A stretch of DNA of 64,000 bases from the NCBI RefSeq assembly GCF_006345805.1, contig NC_043001.1, positions 121,582,001-121,646,000 of the forward strand, given 5' to 3'. This DNA is from Octopus sinensis (taxonomy: Eukaryota). Made by a program: the position numbers and the translations under genes. Under the pieces are notes generated by a model. It was given only the letters and a program-made list of their open reading frames with translations. It ran no database searches and was not told the origin of the DNA. Positions 1 through 13,500 of the stretch are shown here, one piece after another. Positions within the stretch are counted from its first letter, which is position 1, and each line of letters opens with the position of its first letter.

Positions 1-345
1 TCCCACTATGTGGCACCTTGGGCAAGTGTCTTCTACTATGGCCTCAGGCCGACCAAAGCCTTATGAGTGGATTTGGTAGACGGAAACTGAAAGAAGCACA
101 TCGTCCATATGTATATATATGCATATGCATGTGTGTGTATATGTTTGTGTGTCTGTGTTTGTCTCCCCAACATCGCTTGACAACCGATGGTGGTGTGTTT
201 ACGTCTCCATAACTTCGCGGTTCGGCAAAAGGGACCAATAGAATAAGTACTAGGCTTACAAAGAATAAGTCATGGGGTCGATTTGCTCGACTAAAGGCGG
301 TGCTCCAGCATGGCCACAGTCAAATGACTGAAACAAGTAAAAGAG
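1..345 (+). mobile_element. tRNA-derived SINE family A (about 400 bp, internal microsatellite)
   Basis: GTGGCACCTTGGGCAAGTGTCTTCTACTAT...ACTGAAAGAAGC...TGACTGAAACAAG. Other copies at about 1236-1665, 2445-2770, 4795-5210, 9455-9622/11630-11805, 24085-24245, 27830-28000, 32265-32450, 33225-33385, 34745-34900, 35205-35390, 50030-50190 and 58515-58680. Confidence 0.85.
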
Positions 346-377
346 TAAAAAGAGAGTAAAAGAGTATATATACATAC

Positions 378-511
378 ACTGTATTTGCTGGGCTTGGCAA
401 TGCAACGGTAGACATCACCCACTTCAGAACAAGGTAACACCGGAAATTGAGGATCACTTGAGGCATTAAATTGATCTGTAGAGACCAACATTGTCCACTT
501 CCACAATGAGC
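378..511 (-). CDS. NUP160: Nup160 exon 19 (last in window)
   Basis: AHCGSGQCWSLQINLMPQVILNFRCYLVLKWVMSTVALPSPANT|gtatgt. Confidence 0.9.
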
Positions 512-1495
512 CTGGAATTAGAGTTCATTAGAATTGGTCAGAGAAGTAATGGTCTTAAGTTTATACATGGAAACTTCTTATGATGACTTTTATGCTGTAT
601 ACAACATGCAAGAGATCATTTGTGAGTATAATGTGCTTGGTAAAAGAAGTTTAGGGCAAATTTTGGTATTCAAGTACTCAGCTGCTTTAGATAAGTTATT
701 GATTTCTTAAAGCATAATCGTATATCACATATAAAATAGTTTTAAAAAAAAATTAATATCATTTCTTCACTGCCCACAAGGGGCTACACACAGAGGGGAC
801 AAACAAGGACAGACAAATGGATTAAGTCGATTATATCGATCCCCAGTGCGTAACTGGTACTTATTTAATTGACCCTGAAAGGATGAAAGGCAAAGTTGAC
901 CTCGGTGGAATTTGAACTCAGAACGTAGCGACAGACGAAATACCACCAAACATTTCGCACAGCGTGCTTATGCCAGCTCGCCGCTTTAACAAAATTAATA
1001 TTATTAATTATTACAGAGATGGTAATTGGTATCTGATTCAGTTACCGTAGTGAATGCAAGGCAAATTTTTAAATACCATATTTTCTGGCATACAAGCTGA
1101 TATAGTATATAGTGTAAACATGCAGTGTAAACATTGAAACATCATCACCATCTTTCCGAATCCTGTAGTATTTCACATGGAATTTTTGGTCTTCTAAAGT
1201 CACCTAGGAGTATAAGTCAGCCTTCCCCTTTTGGCTTTCTTTTTACTTGTTTCAGTCATTTGACTGCGGCTATGCTGGAGCACCGCCTTTAGTCGAGCAA
1301 ATCGACCCCAGGATTTATTCTTTGTTAGCCTAGTACTTATTCTATCAGTTTCTTTTGCCGAACCTCTAAGTTACGGCGACATAAACACACCAGCATCGGT
1401 TGTCAAGCGATGTTGGGGGGGGGGGCACAAACACACACACACATATATATCATCATCATCATCATCAAAAGCGGACGTTAAACGATGATGATGAT

Positions 1496-1530
<35 letters not shown>

Positions 1531-4500
1531 TTGTCCCCCCAACATCACTTGACAACCAATAGAATAAGTACTAGGCTTACAAAGAATAAGTCCTGGGGTC
1601 AATTTGCTCAACTAAAGGTGGTGCTCCAGCATGGCCGCAGTCAAATGACTGAAACAAATAAAAGAATGCCAACCACTTTACAGAGTGTGCTTTTCATGTG
1701 GCACCGGTAGAGGGCTCTTGCAGATCAATCCTCTTCACCAGGGATAGTGGCCTTAACATTTCTGTTGAGGAGTACAGGTCAAAACTCCAAAAAATAATTA
1801 TTTCGCGTTCTCTCGAAGTTTATACTTATGACATCAAAACAGAAAATGTTTAAAAGAATGACAGATAAATGAATGGTTCTAGAATGAACAAAATCGATAA
1901 AGTTTTTTTTTTACCTGGTCGCCACATTTCATTGCAATCAAGAGCAGCAAAAGGAGGTCACGAGTGGCATTTAGACGAGTGCAAACAAAATGTTCCATAT
2001 GTGCAATAATGACAGATGTTGCACAGTTACTTGCAAAAAGCTGACCCCAATCAATCTGTGACAAGAGACCTGCAAAGAAGGAAAACAGCAGAGTAATTAC
2101 ATTTTTTAAAAATTCCTTTACTTATCTTTGAAATAGAATATTTAACACATGTTTACTCAAACTTAGAACTGGGGCTGGATAGATTTTCAAATTTGGACAT
2201 TAATTCTCTGATCCAACCTGTTTGGTCAATCTTTTACAGCCACTGGACAAATGTTGAGATATGCCTTATTTTCCCTATTATTAATAGTTTTTTTTACAAC
2301 TCTGAACTTGATGTACCTGTTATGTATGTGTGGCCCACCATAGATACTTCTATTTAATTCTATTGCACCTATATGACTCTGGCTAATTCTTCTTCTCCAA
2401 AGCTACAACACAACAAAGTCCCATCTTTTCTGGTATAGATTCTCTCTTTCACTTGTTTCAGTCATTGAACTGCAGCCATGCTGGAGCACCACCTTGGAGG
2501 TTTAGTTGAACAAAATGCTCTTAGTATTTATTCTTTGAGCTGGCTACATATTCTATTGGTTCCATTTTGCCGAACCACTAAGTTATGGTGACATAAATAC
2601 ACCCACACTGACAGTCAAGAGACAGTAAAGGACAAACACAAACATACATGTACACACAGACATCTTTCAGTTTTTGTCTACTAAGCTCACTGACATTGGT
2701 CAGTCTTGGGTAGCAGAAGACACTTGCTTAAGGTACCATGCAGTGGGACCAAACTTGGAACCCTAATTTTTAGTCAATTGATTCAATTAAAAAATCTTTA
2801 AGGTGGTGCCCCAGCATGGCCACAGTCTAACGACTGAAAGAAGTAAAGGATAACAGATAGACTAAATGTTCACATTTACCAAATTACACTTTAATCCTTC
2901 AGCATTTAAACAAACCATATCCACCCCAAATACTCTTCGTTCTATGCTCAAACCAGCCAGGTCTGGCTTCTCACACCTACCTACTATGTCATTATAAAAA
3001 TAAGCTATCACATTATCAAAATCTTGAAGCTACATGACAATGCATGATTAACTTAAAATGATGTGAATGAATAAATATTACATTTGACAGAAAAATTTGA
3101 ATGCTAAAAGGAATAAACAACATTTTATCCACTCTTTACCTGTCGTTGTACAGTAAAAGGTATGGTTTTCAAGCCACTTTGCCTGTAGACAAGCAACCCT
3201 TGTAACAATCACTCACGGAAAAGGGGAAAAGGTAAAGGATACCTTCTCAAGTCATACTGACTTATAAGGGGCAGTTTCCTAGTTTCTATGGCATATAAAT
3301 TTTTCCCCTGGACAAGACGCTGGGGCCAGTTTCCTAGTTTCCATGGCATATAAATTTTTCACCTGGACAAGACGCTGGGGCCAGTTTCCTAGTTTCCATG
3401 GCATATAAATTTTTCAGCTGGACAAGACGCTGGGGCCAGTTTCCAAGTTTCCATGGCGTATAAATTTTTCACCTGGACAAGACGCTGGGGCCAGTTTCCT
3501 AGTTCCCATGGCATATAAATTTTTCACCTGGACAAGACGCTGGGGGTGGTTTCCTAGTTTCCATGGCGTATAAATTCTTCACCTGGACAGGACGTTGGTC
3601 CGTTCACAAGATTACTCATTTCTGCCAGGTGAGTGGACTGGAGCAACATGAAATGAAGCATTTCACTCAAGAACACAATGTGTTGCCTGGTCCGGGAATC
3701 GAAACCACAATCTTACAATCACGAGTCCAACACCCTAACCACTATGCCACACACCACTCACTATGGAACACATATACAGAGAAAAGCATTTCAAACTTAC
3801 GTGATGAATCATTAAGATCCAAAGAGTCTAGTTGTAGTGTGCTGAGGTTTAAATGGGCGGAAATCACACGAACAGCATTGACTAAATCAATTACATTTTC
3901 CAAGTGAGATTTGATGTTGTCAATCAGAAGGTCATTCAAAGCTAAACTGATTTTAGATAAACAGAAAAGAAAAAAAAGAATTAATAAACAGAAACAATCT
4001 AATAACAATTTTCTAAGCAGATACAAAAACATTAAATATTTTTTTCAAGTTAAAGTATTTCAACTTTTTACTAATTGAATTTTCTGCAGGTCCAAAACCA
4101 GCTTGATGTCTGGGGTGAATAAGGCCAACAAAACTGTACAATATGAAAGGGGTTTAAAAGAACAAATATACTGCATCATCGATTGTGTGGATTAAGAAAG
4201 AAGACATTCTGATCTTGCGTAGAATGGTCTATTTGAAAAATATATTGCAGTCTCCACCCAAAGCCTTTCCTGATTTCTGCAGGAGAACTCTAGAAATTAA
4301 CTGTAGTACTTCAATGTGAAGGTGTGTGGCTTAGTGGTTAGGGTGTTGCACTCATGATCACCAAAACATGGGTTGGATTTCCAGACTGGGTGGTGTATTG
4401 TGTTCTTGAGCAAAACACTTCATTTCTCACTGCTCCAGTGCTCTGTGGGTACCAGCATGTCAAAGAACAGACCCAGCGTTTCCTCTGTGTTGTAAAACAA

Positions 4501-7500
4501 GGTGACTAAAAAAGACTGAGGTAGGATTTGCACTCCAACCTCATAAAACCCTCACCCACAATGACTACCCAAACAAACACACGGGTTAGAGGCTTGTCAC
4601 CAGAATGATGCAAAGGTCTCATCAGCCAGGAGTTGGCCATCACCAACAAATGGCCGATACGGCAACATGCTGCTACAGCACATACCCCCATACTATTACT
4701 TATACTTCAATTACACAGCTAATTAAACAACAACCAGCAAGTCATAATAAAGGGTTGCATACATACAAAAGCATGAAACATTGATGTCATACTGTTATTT
4801 CTTTCAATTGTTCCAGTCATTTGACTGTGGCCATGCTGGAGCACCAGCTTTAGTCAAACGAATCGACCCCAGGACTTATTCTTTGTAAGCCTAGTACTTA
4901 TTCCATCAGTCTCTTTTGCAGAACCACTAAGTTACAGGGACGTAAACACACCAACATCGGTTGTCAAAGCGATGGTGGGGGACAAACACAGACACACAAA
5001 CATATATATATATATATATTATATATACATACACATTCACACACATGACAGACTTCTTTCAGTTTCTGTCTACCAAATCCACTCATTAGGCTTTGGTCGA
5101 ACCGAGGCTATAGTAGAAGACACTTGCCACAAGTGTCATGCAGTGGGAATGAACCCAGAACCATGTGGTTGGGAAGCAAGCTTCTTACCACACAGCTATA
5201 CCTGTGCCTATACTTAAATACAAATCATAGAAAATTTTGAAAACACATACCAAGAATCTACCAAGCTTCCAGCAGCCTGTTCAAGGTCTAGGGTCACTGA
5301 AGCTTCGTATTCCAGTTGGCTCCCAAGGTCCTCACTGATATCTCCAGCTATAAGCTGCATACATTTGAATACATGTAGTACATCTGTGACCATGTGGCCC
5401 TCTACAAAAAAAAAAAAATAATTAAAATATCATCAACACAGTAATGTAATACGTTGTCAACAACAACATCAATAATGCATCAGATGATCCAATTGGTAAA
5501 CATGTGACTTAAAAGCATCTTTCAACTGTTGGGCCTCACGGAGGCAATGACAAGGAGCAAGACCCTCAGCAACAGGCTTGAGCAGAAGACCCATCAAGGC
5601 AAGTGAAATCATAGTTGTGGCAGATACTGGTGTGAAGCAACTGGCACCCGTGTTGGTGGCATGTAAAAGCACCCATTACACTCTTGGGGTGGTTGGCATT
5701 AGGAAGGGTATCCAGCTGTAGAAACCATGCCAAATCAGACTGGAGTCTGGTGCAGCCCCTCAGCTTGCCAGCCCTGGTCAAACTGTCCACCCCATGCCAG
5801 CATGAATAATGGATGTATGATGATGATATCCGTGGAACTGGCATCAGTGATAAACTTGGCTGCCAAGAGGGTACAAAATACAGAGATTGCAACATAACAT
5901 TCTTATTTCTTTATTGCCCACAAGGGGCTAAACATAGAGGGGACAAACAAGGACAGACAAACGGATTAAGTTGATTAGATTGTCCCCAGTGCGTAACTGG
6001 TACTTAATTTATCGACCCCAAAAGGATGTAGGCAAAGTCGACCTCTGCGGAATTTGAACACAGAATGAAACGGCAGACGAAATACCTATTTCTTTACTAC
6101 CCACAAGGGGCTAAACACAGAGAGGACAAACAAACGGATCAAGTTGATTATATCAACCCCAGTGCGTAACTGGTCCTTAATTTATCGACCCCGAAAGGAT
6201 GAAAAGCAAAGTCAACCTCGGCGGAATTTGAACTCAGAACATAACGGCAGACGAAATACCGCTAAGCATTTCGCCCAGCATGCTAACATTTCTGCCTGCT
6301 CGCCTTATTGCAACATAACATTCTATCATCCTTTAGAGTTAACCACTGCATAATGGAGTATGGTCCACTCAGTTCAGCAAAGGACTTGGTTTATCTAGAA
6401 CTTGAGATTTGTGAGTCATGTCTCACTATTTGTCTGACTACCTTTGTGCCATCAGTACAGGTGTTACAAAGGGCATCCAGCGATAGAAACCATACCAAAA
6501 CAGACAAGTGGAGCCTAGCCAGCTCATGTTAAACCATCCAACCGAGACCAACATAAAAAAGGGATGTTAAATGATGATAGAGCTACAAAACATAATAGTT
6601 TTTTTGTTTAGATATCAACAAAATTAGCAGTGCTATAGTGTTCATGTGGCAGCTGTACATCAGTCTTGTCTTCTTGTCTTGAGACAGCATTCACCCGCGG
6701 TGGGTTGAGCTGGCTTCATTCATCCTCAATGCTGCATCTCTCACAAACGCTGACCAGGCCTGGCGATTTGAGGCTAACAACAGCGTGATCTCCAACCACT
6801 CCTTATTCCAGCGGCGAATGCCGTAGATATGGGGGTCTAGGTTGGGTTCCAGATCAGCCAGGTTTTTCGTTGTCCACCACATCACTTTCGCCAACCCTGA
6901 AGAGGAGCAGGGGCAACTGCTTCATAGGTTGTGTTCCAGATCAGCCTTGACTGTCATCAGCCAGGTTTTTCGTTGTCCACCACATCGCTTTTGCTAACCC
7001 TGAAGGGGAGCTGGGGCAATTGCTTCATAGATGAATTCTCAGAGTCACCAAGTGACAGCAACAAATAATCAAAATGATAAGCCCATACGTACACACAAAA
7101 CAAGAAAGAAACTATGGTTTTACTACAATGAAAACAACAACTACCTGCTCTGCATTCTACAGCATTGAGGAGGGCAACAGCGGCTTCAGTATTTCCATCT
7201 CCAATGTAAAGCTCTTCAACAATGTCACAGGGACAAAAATAAGTCAGATGATTCTGTGATAGAGAAATAAAGAGAGTGTCAAATAATTTCAAGTAATTAG
7301 TGACTCATTCTGTGATGGAAATGGATCAGTGGGGTACTTAAAAATATGAATAGAACATCAATTAATTAGTAGCCAGTGAGGTACTTGATTATTTAAAGTA
7401 ACGAGTGGGGTACAAGTTAATTAAAAATAGTCAATTGTGCATCTGATAATTGAAATAAGTCAATGGTATATCCAATAACGGAAATAGTCATAGGGGTGGA

Positions 7501-10500
7501 TGATAACTAAAAATAATCAGTGGGACACTGAATTATTTTCTAATTTTGGCACAAGGCCAGCAATTATGAAAAGAGGATGATGATGCTGGATTGTCTCCTT
7601 GCCTTGACATTCATGTGATGGTCGTTAAACAAGCATCACTGTAGAAGTGGGGCTGTTTGTTTCCAACACTTTGTGAAAACATGTCTGGCCATGGTAAAAT
7701 ATCACCTTGCTTGGAAACAGGTGAGGGTTGGGAACAAGAAGGTATCCAGCTGTTCAGAACAGCAAGGCATTCCTCTGATCCATGCAAGCATTGAAAACTG
7801 GGAATTAAACGAGGAGGAAGAAAGGGAGAAGTATTTGACAGGTATTATTTTATTGGCTGTCATTAATACTAAACTAGGGGTGATGGTGATGACAGATAAC
7901 AATAACCTTTTTAACTCCCAACAACAAACTGATTGAAACAGCTAAAATTCTTCACATAAAGCACTGAAAAATTACCTTTCGTATGCAGCAAATAAGTCCT
8001 GACTGTTCATCAACAAACAAACCTAGACATTTGGAATCAACCTAGGCGAGAAAAATAAAAGAGAGAACAAGAAAGTAAAAAAAAAAAATCAAGTTATTAG
8101 TCTATGTGTGTATAAAATTGTGAATGTGCATTTAGAAGGCAGCTAATAAGATTATTTCTGTAGGTGGCAAGCTGACAGAATCGTTAATATGCCAGGTGAA
8201 ATGCTTAGCGGTATTTCGTCTGTCTTTACGTTCTGAGTTCAAATTCTGCCAAGGTCGACAAATTAAGTACCAGTTGATTACTGGGTTGATCTAACCAACT
8301 GCACTCCCCCACCCAAACTTCAGGGTCTTGTGCCTAGAGTAAAAAAGAATATTTAAAGGCAGCAAGCTGGCAGAAACATTAACATGCCTGGTGAAATGCT
8401 TAGTGGTATTTTGTCTGGTTTTACATTCTAAGTTCAAATTCTGCTGAGGTTGACTTTGCCTTTCATCCTTTCGGGGAAGGGGGGGGGGTGATAAATTAAG
8501 TACCAGTTGGTACGATATGCAACTGGGGTACAAATATATGAAGCCCAGTATACCCATCATGACTGCCTGTCTGATAAGGGTACACCAGGCACATGCATCA
8601 CAACTATATGCGTGCGACATGGCGATCTCATATCAAGATACACAACGCATGACCTTGCAGGTGGAGCCAAGTTAGAATTTTTTTCAATTTGAGTAGCCCA
8701 TCCCGCTCAAAAGGTTCCTGAATAAAGTTTGTTTAAGGATGATGAACAAAACACCCATGTTTCCAAAGGAGAATTATTCAAACCCTAAATAATTGTGTAC
8801 CCTTATCAGACAGGCAGTCATGATGGGTATACTGGGCTTCACATATTTGTACCAGTTGCATATCAACTGCATCATCCACCTCCCCAAATATTTCAGGTCC
8901 TGTGTCTAGAGTAGAAAAGAATAAGATCATTTCTGTGCATATAGAAAGTTTTGTTTAGCTACCTACCATATTTGGCATATAACAAGTGACATCCACCGCC
9001 TTTCTTGTATTCCTTGGAAGGATTTAAACCCAAAACAACACTCAAAAAACACTGGACAATTAGACAGTGCTCTTCCTCTTAGAGTAGTAAACTGGGCAAT
9101 TGTATGGCATCTATTTACTCTTGGACATCAATGAAAGAGAAAATTGCTCAAATCCTTAACTCTAGCATTCAGAATTACACTCACAAATATAATGCAAATT
9201 TATTCACATTGTTTTGAATTATTCATGCATTATCTTGTAGCTTCGAGATTTCAATGATATGATTGAATATTTTCAGAATGACATTGTAGGATAGGTGTGA
9301 GAGGCCAGATCTGGCTGGTTTTAACATAAAACAGGTAGAATATTTTGGCTAGATACAGCCTGTTTAAATGCTGAAGGGTAACAGATATTAGCAGCCCTAA
9401 GCGATAGCAAGAAGCCCAGGAGCCTTTTTGTTGGCTGATGAAGGTTGCTATTCTTTTATTTGTTTCAGTCATTTGACTGCAGCCATGCTGGAGCACTGCC
9501 TTTAGTCGAGCAAATCGACCCCAGGACTTATTCTTTGTAAGCCTAGTACTTCTTTTATCGGTCCCTTTTGTCGAACTGCTAAGTTTGGGGGATGCAAACA
9601 CAAGCACACAAACATATACATATCTCTATATATAAAACTGAAATGCGTTTTTACCGCTTGGTTCGCTTTCAATGCCACTACATCCCGTCTGATTCGCTCC
9701 AAAATTTACAGGGACATGTAGAATGAGGTGACGATGCGCGTGGGCTACCTTAGAAATCCCTATCTTAAAAGGTGTGGTTGCTAGGGGCCATCTTCCTACC
9801 TCACCCTATTTCCTCCAGTACTCTGTCACTCCTCTTCATTTGACAATGCAACTACCGTTATTTAATGTAAAGTCTTCCTCAAATCACTCTGTAGCTATTT
9901 ACTCTCTTCCAAGAACATTTTCACTCACTCTATCTCTTACCTTCCTATACATTTTACTCATGTATCTCTCAGCGTTCATGGACAGTAACAAATATTACTC
10001 GCCATCGCATTCTATTGTCTACCTGTCAACACACACACACACACACACACACATACATATATCTAATATTATATTTTTATTTTTGGTTTCTTACTGTTTC
10101 ATTTCCCTATTAGTGGTTTTATCTCTAATTTAATTTCTACAGCGTGCACACACACACACACACACACGCACACACCTATATGTAGCCCCAGTACACCCGA
10201 ATGAAATCGGGTTCTCTTCATCAAAATGTGAAAAGGGGTCTACAATTATCATCGCCACAACTTATGTATGTCTTCCTCACTCACTCACTCTTTTTCCTAA
10301 TGATAATTATCATCGCCACCACCAACACACAATCTGGGCAATCTTTCTCTTATAACAAATCATGTTTACATTGCAACGACGTCTGCCACCTCCGCCGTCT
10401 CTATTTATTCTGCAAATGACCAGAACTCGGGAAACTTAGTTTAGTGTTCTATGGTCTATGACCAGAACTCCGGAAACTTGCTTGACTGTTCTATGGTCTA

Positions 10501-13500
10501 TGACCAGAAATCGGGAAACTTGGTTGAGTGTTCTATGGTCTATGACCAGAACTTGGGAAACTTGGTTGTGTCCTCATCTTATAAAATGTGGCCCCAGTAG
10601 ACCCAAATTAAATCGGGTTATATTAACCAAAAGGTGAAAAGGGGTATAAATGGGGCTGGAAGGGGATTAAAATTTAAAGGAGCGGGTGTTTAGCAATTCT
10701 CTGTTACATCAAGCTAAAAATTTGCTCCAGCCTTTTAATCGTCAATGTGTTGCCGTCTATGATGAAGTTTTGAATGCTTGCCATCGTGAGTCTACTGTCG
10801 TGAGAAAGAATCAAGTCAAAACTTGGTTTTTAGGGATTTTCTTTTACATCAAGTTCAAACTTTTACGCCAGCCGTTGAACTGTCAATACGTTGCTGTCCG
10901 TCATTAAGAAATGCCAGCCATGGTGACTCTACTATCCTCAAATTCTATCCCTTTAAACTTTTGGTTTCCAATATTTTATTATTTTTATTCAGCTCGCAAG
11001 TTCGTCTGTCCCTTTTAAATGTTAGTGTTTTGCTGTCTGCCTTGAAGCAGACCTTTCCTTTGTAACTGCCTGATATTTATGATTGATCTTTCTAAATATT
11101 TTATTTCTCAACTTACTCAAGATCTTTTGTTGTTTATAAATGGGAGAGAGATACATAAAGATAGAGTAAGAGAAAGCGAGGGAGAGTCCGAGAGAAAGGA
11201 AGAGTAAGAGAGTGGGAAAGTGAGAGAGAAAGGAGAAAGAAACAAAGAGGGAGAATCATCATCATCATCATCGTTTAACGTCCGTTTTCCGTGCTAGTAC
11301 GGGTTGGACAGTTTGACAGGGGTCTGGGAAGCCAGGAGGCTGCACCAGGCTCCAGTCTGATCTGGCAGTGTTTCGACAGGTGGATGCCCTTCCTAACGCC
11401 AACCACTCTGTGAGCGTAGTGGGTGCTTTTTTCGTGCCGCCTGCACAGGTGCCAGGGGGGCTGGCAGCGGCCACGATCGGTTGGTGCCTTTTACGTGCCA
11501 CCAGCACAGAAGCCAAGGCGGCGCTGCAATCCGCCACGTTCGGATGGTGCTTTTTACGTGCTGAAAGGAAGCAACAGAAAGTAACAACCACACTCTTACC
11601 CGCGCGTAGAGCGGGTCACCTTCAGCTAGTATATGTATATATATGACGGGCTTCTTTCAGTTCCGCCTACCAAAACCACTCATAAGGCTTTGGTCAGCCC
11701 AAGGCTATAGTAGAAGACCCTTGCCCAAGGTGCCACACAGTGGAACCGAACCCAGAACCATGTGGTTGGGAAGCAAGCTACTTACCACACAGCCACTCCT
11801 GCGCTTATAGTAACCAGAACACAATAAGGAAATTATATTTAGACTGATCCTTCTTTTATTATGTTCCATCATCATCATTATCATCATTTAGCATCCACTT
11901 TCCATGCTAGCATGGGTTGGATGGTTCAACTGGGGTCTGTGAAGCCAGAAGGCTGCATCAGGCCCAGTCTTATCTGGCAGTGTTTCTACGGCTGGATGCC
12001 CTTCCTAACGCCAACCACTCCATGAGTGTAGTGGGTGCTTTTTACACGCCACCCACACAGGTGCCAGACGGAGCTGGCAAACGGCCACGGACGGATGGTG
12101 CTTTTTACGTGCCACCGGCACGGGGGCCAGGCGAGGCTGGCAACAGCCACGAACGGATGGTGCTTTTTACTTGCCACCGGCACGAGGCCAGTCGGGGCGG
12201 CGCTGGCAACGGCCACGAACGGATGGTGCTTTTTACGTGCCACCGGCCACGAACGGATGGTGCTTTTTACGTGCCACTGGCACACAATTCCTCAAAGATA
12301 AGAAACTGTTGAAACTCAGTTCTAAATTTCACTTCATACTAAAGGGAAAACAATAGAAAACATGATCTAACCTCTTGGTATTGGACACAGCAAGAATAAA
12401 ATTTTGTCCAGTGTTCAAGTTGTAATTGGCAGTATTCATCTTCATCAAGTTGGTATTCCATAGCAGCATTGCGAATCTGAAAGATCGAAAGAAGACAAAG
12501 AGTAAAAAAAATAATTCAACAGCAAACAGAATTCTATATCCTAAACAGAACAGGAATTGAACTTAAAAAGCCAACTATTTTTTTGTTTCTTAGAGTCTTC
12601 GTAAAAAAACTGACTTGGACCGACTAACAGCCTTACCTCCAACTCTTTAGGTTGTGAGTTCAAGTCAAACCAAAGTCAGCCTTACCCGTCATCTCTCCAG
12701 GGTTGATAAAATAAAGTACTTATCAGGTTTTGGGGACAATAACAACTAAATGCCTCTTCCAAATTTGCTAGCCTTGTTTCTAAATTCAAAACCACTTATT
12801 ATCTATGTTTTGTTCCCACTATCTTAAATAACACTGTTTCTTAGGAAAACAATCTAATTTTAAATGCAAGCTATTACATTACATTATAAATTCAGTACAA
12901 TTATCATGAATATCACTCATTGAGCACCCTCAATTCTCTTACTTGCAGTAACTATAGCTTAGGGTAACTTTAAGCTGTACAGTTCTGTATTTAAGAGATG
13001 AGGAATTATGTACATTATTTACATTTGATGTATATTTGTCCTCATCTTGTTTGTTGATATACCCTCCAGCTTTCATCAGGTGTCTTGGGGAAATTCTGAA
13101 CCCGAGTTCTCATTCCTAAGGTATTTTTCAATATTATTATTATTATTATTATTCAAGTCACTGCCTGGAATCGAACTTGGAATCTTGGGGTTAGTAGCCT
13201 GTGCTCTTAACCACTATGCCACGGGCATATGGCGTAGTGATTAAGCTGAATAATAATAATAAAATTTCCCCAAGACACCTGATAAAGGCTGGAGGGTATA
13301 TCAGCCAAAATGTTGTATTAACAACAAACAAGATGAGGACAAATATCCATCAAATGTAAATAATGATAAGACTATTTAATTTTAAATATGATTGATCTAA
13401 TAACATCATTTTATATATCATATTAACAACTACAAACTCACTGGTTGGTGCATCTTGCTGCCCACGTCCCTTTCAATTTGACAATCTAAATAGGACCACC

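Larger units (their letters stand above)
9623..11629 (+). mobile_element. Non-autonomous Helitron (about 2 kb)
   Basis: A|TCTCTATATATAAAACTG 5' end. 3' hairpin ACCCGC-gcgtaga-GCGGGT followed by CTAG|T. No target-site duplication. Splits a SINE. Contains a 42-bp tandem array and a nested SINE. Confidence 0.85.

Noticed and set aside
3268-3597. Regular repeat arrays (55 bp and 42 bp) as CRISPR
   Set aside because: The units are contiguous with no unique spacers, no cas genes are present, and the context is eukaryotic intron.
4450-4700. GC-richer block in NUP160 intron 16 as a snoRNA or exon
   Set aside because: No C/D or H/ACA boxes or in-phase splice sites were found. It is more likely a LINE 5' remnant, but that could not be confirmed.
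11917-12356. ORFs of 60-131 aa
   Set aside because: They run through GC-rich tandem modules of a SINE and the peptides are repetitive.
13170-13250. tRNA-like sequences with A and B boxes (also about 3700-3755, 4320-4390, 42525-42595, 52485-52555)
   Set aside because: These are SINE heads that run into SINE bodies and lack a complete cloverleaf.
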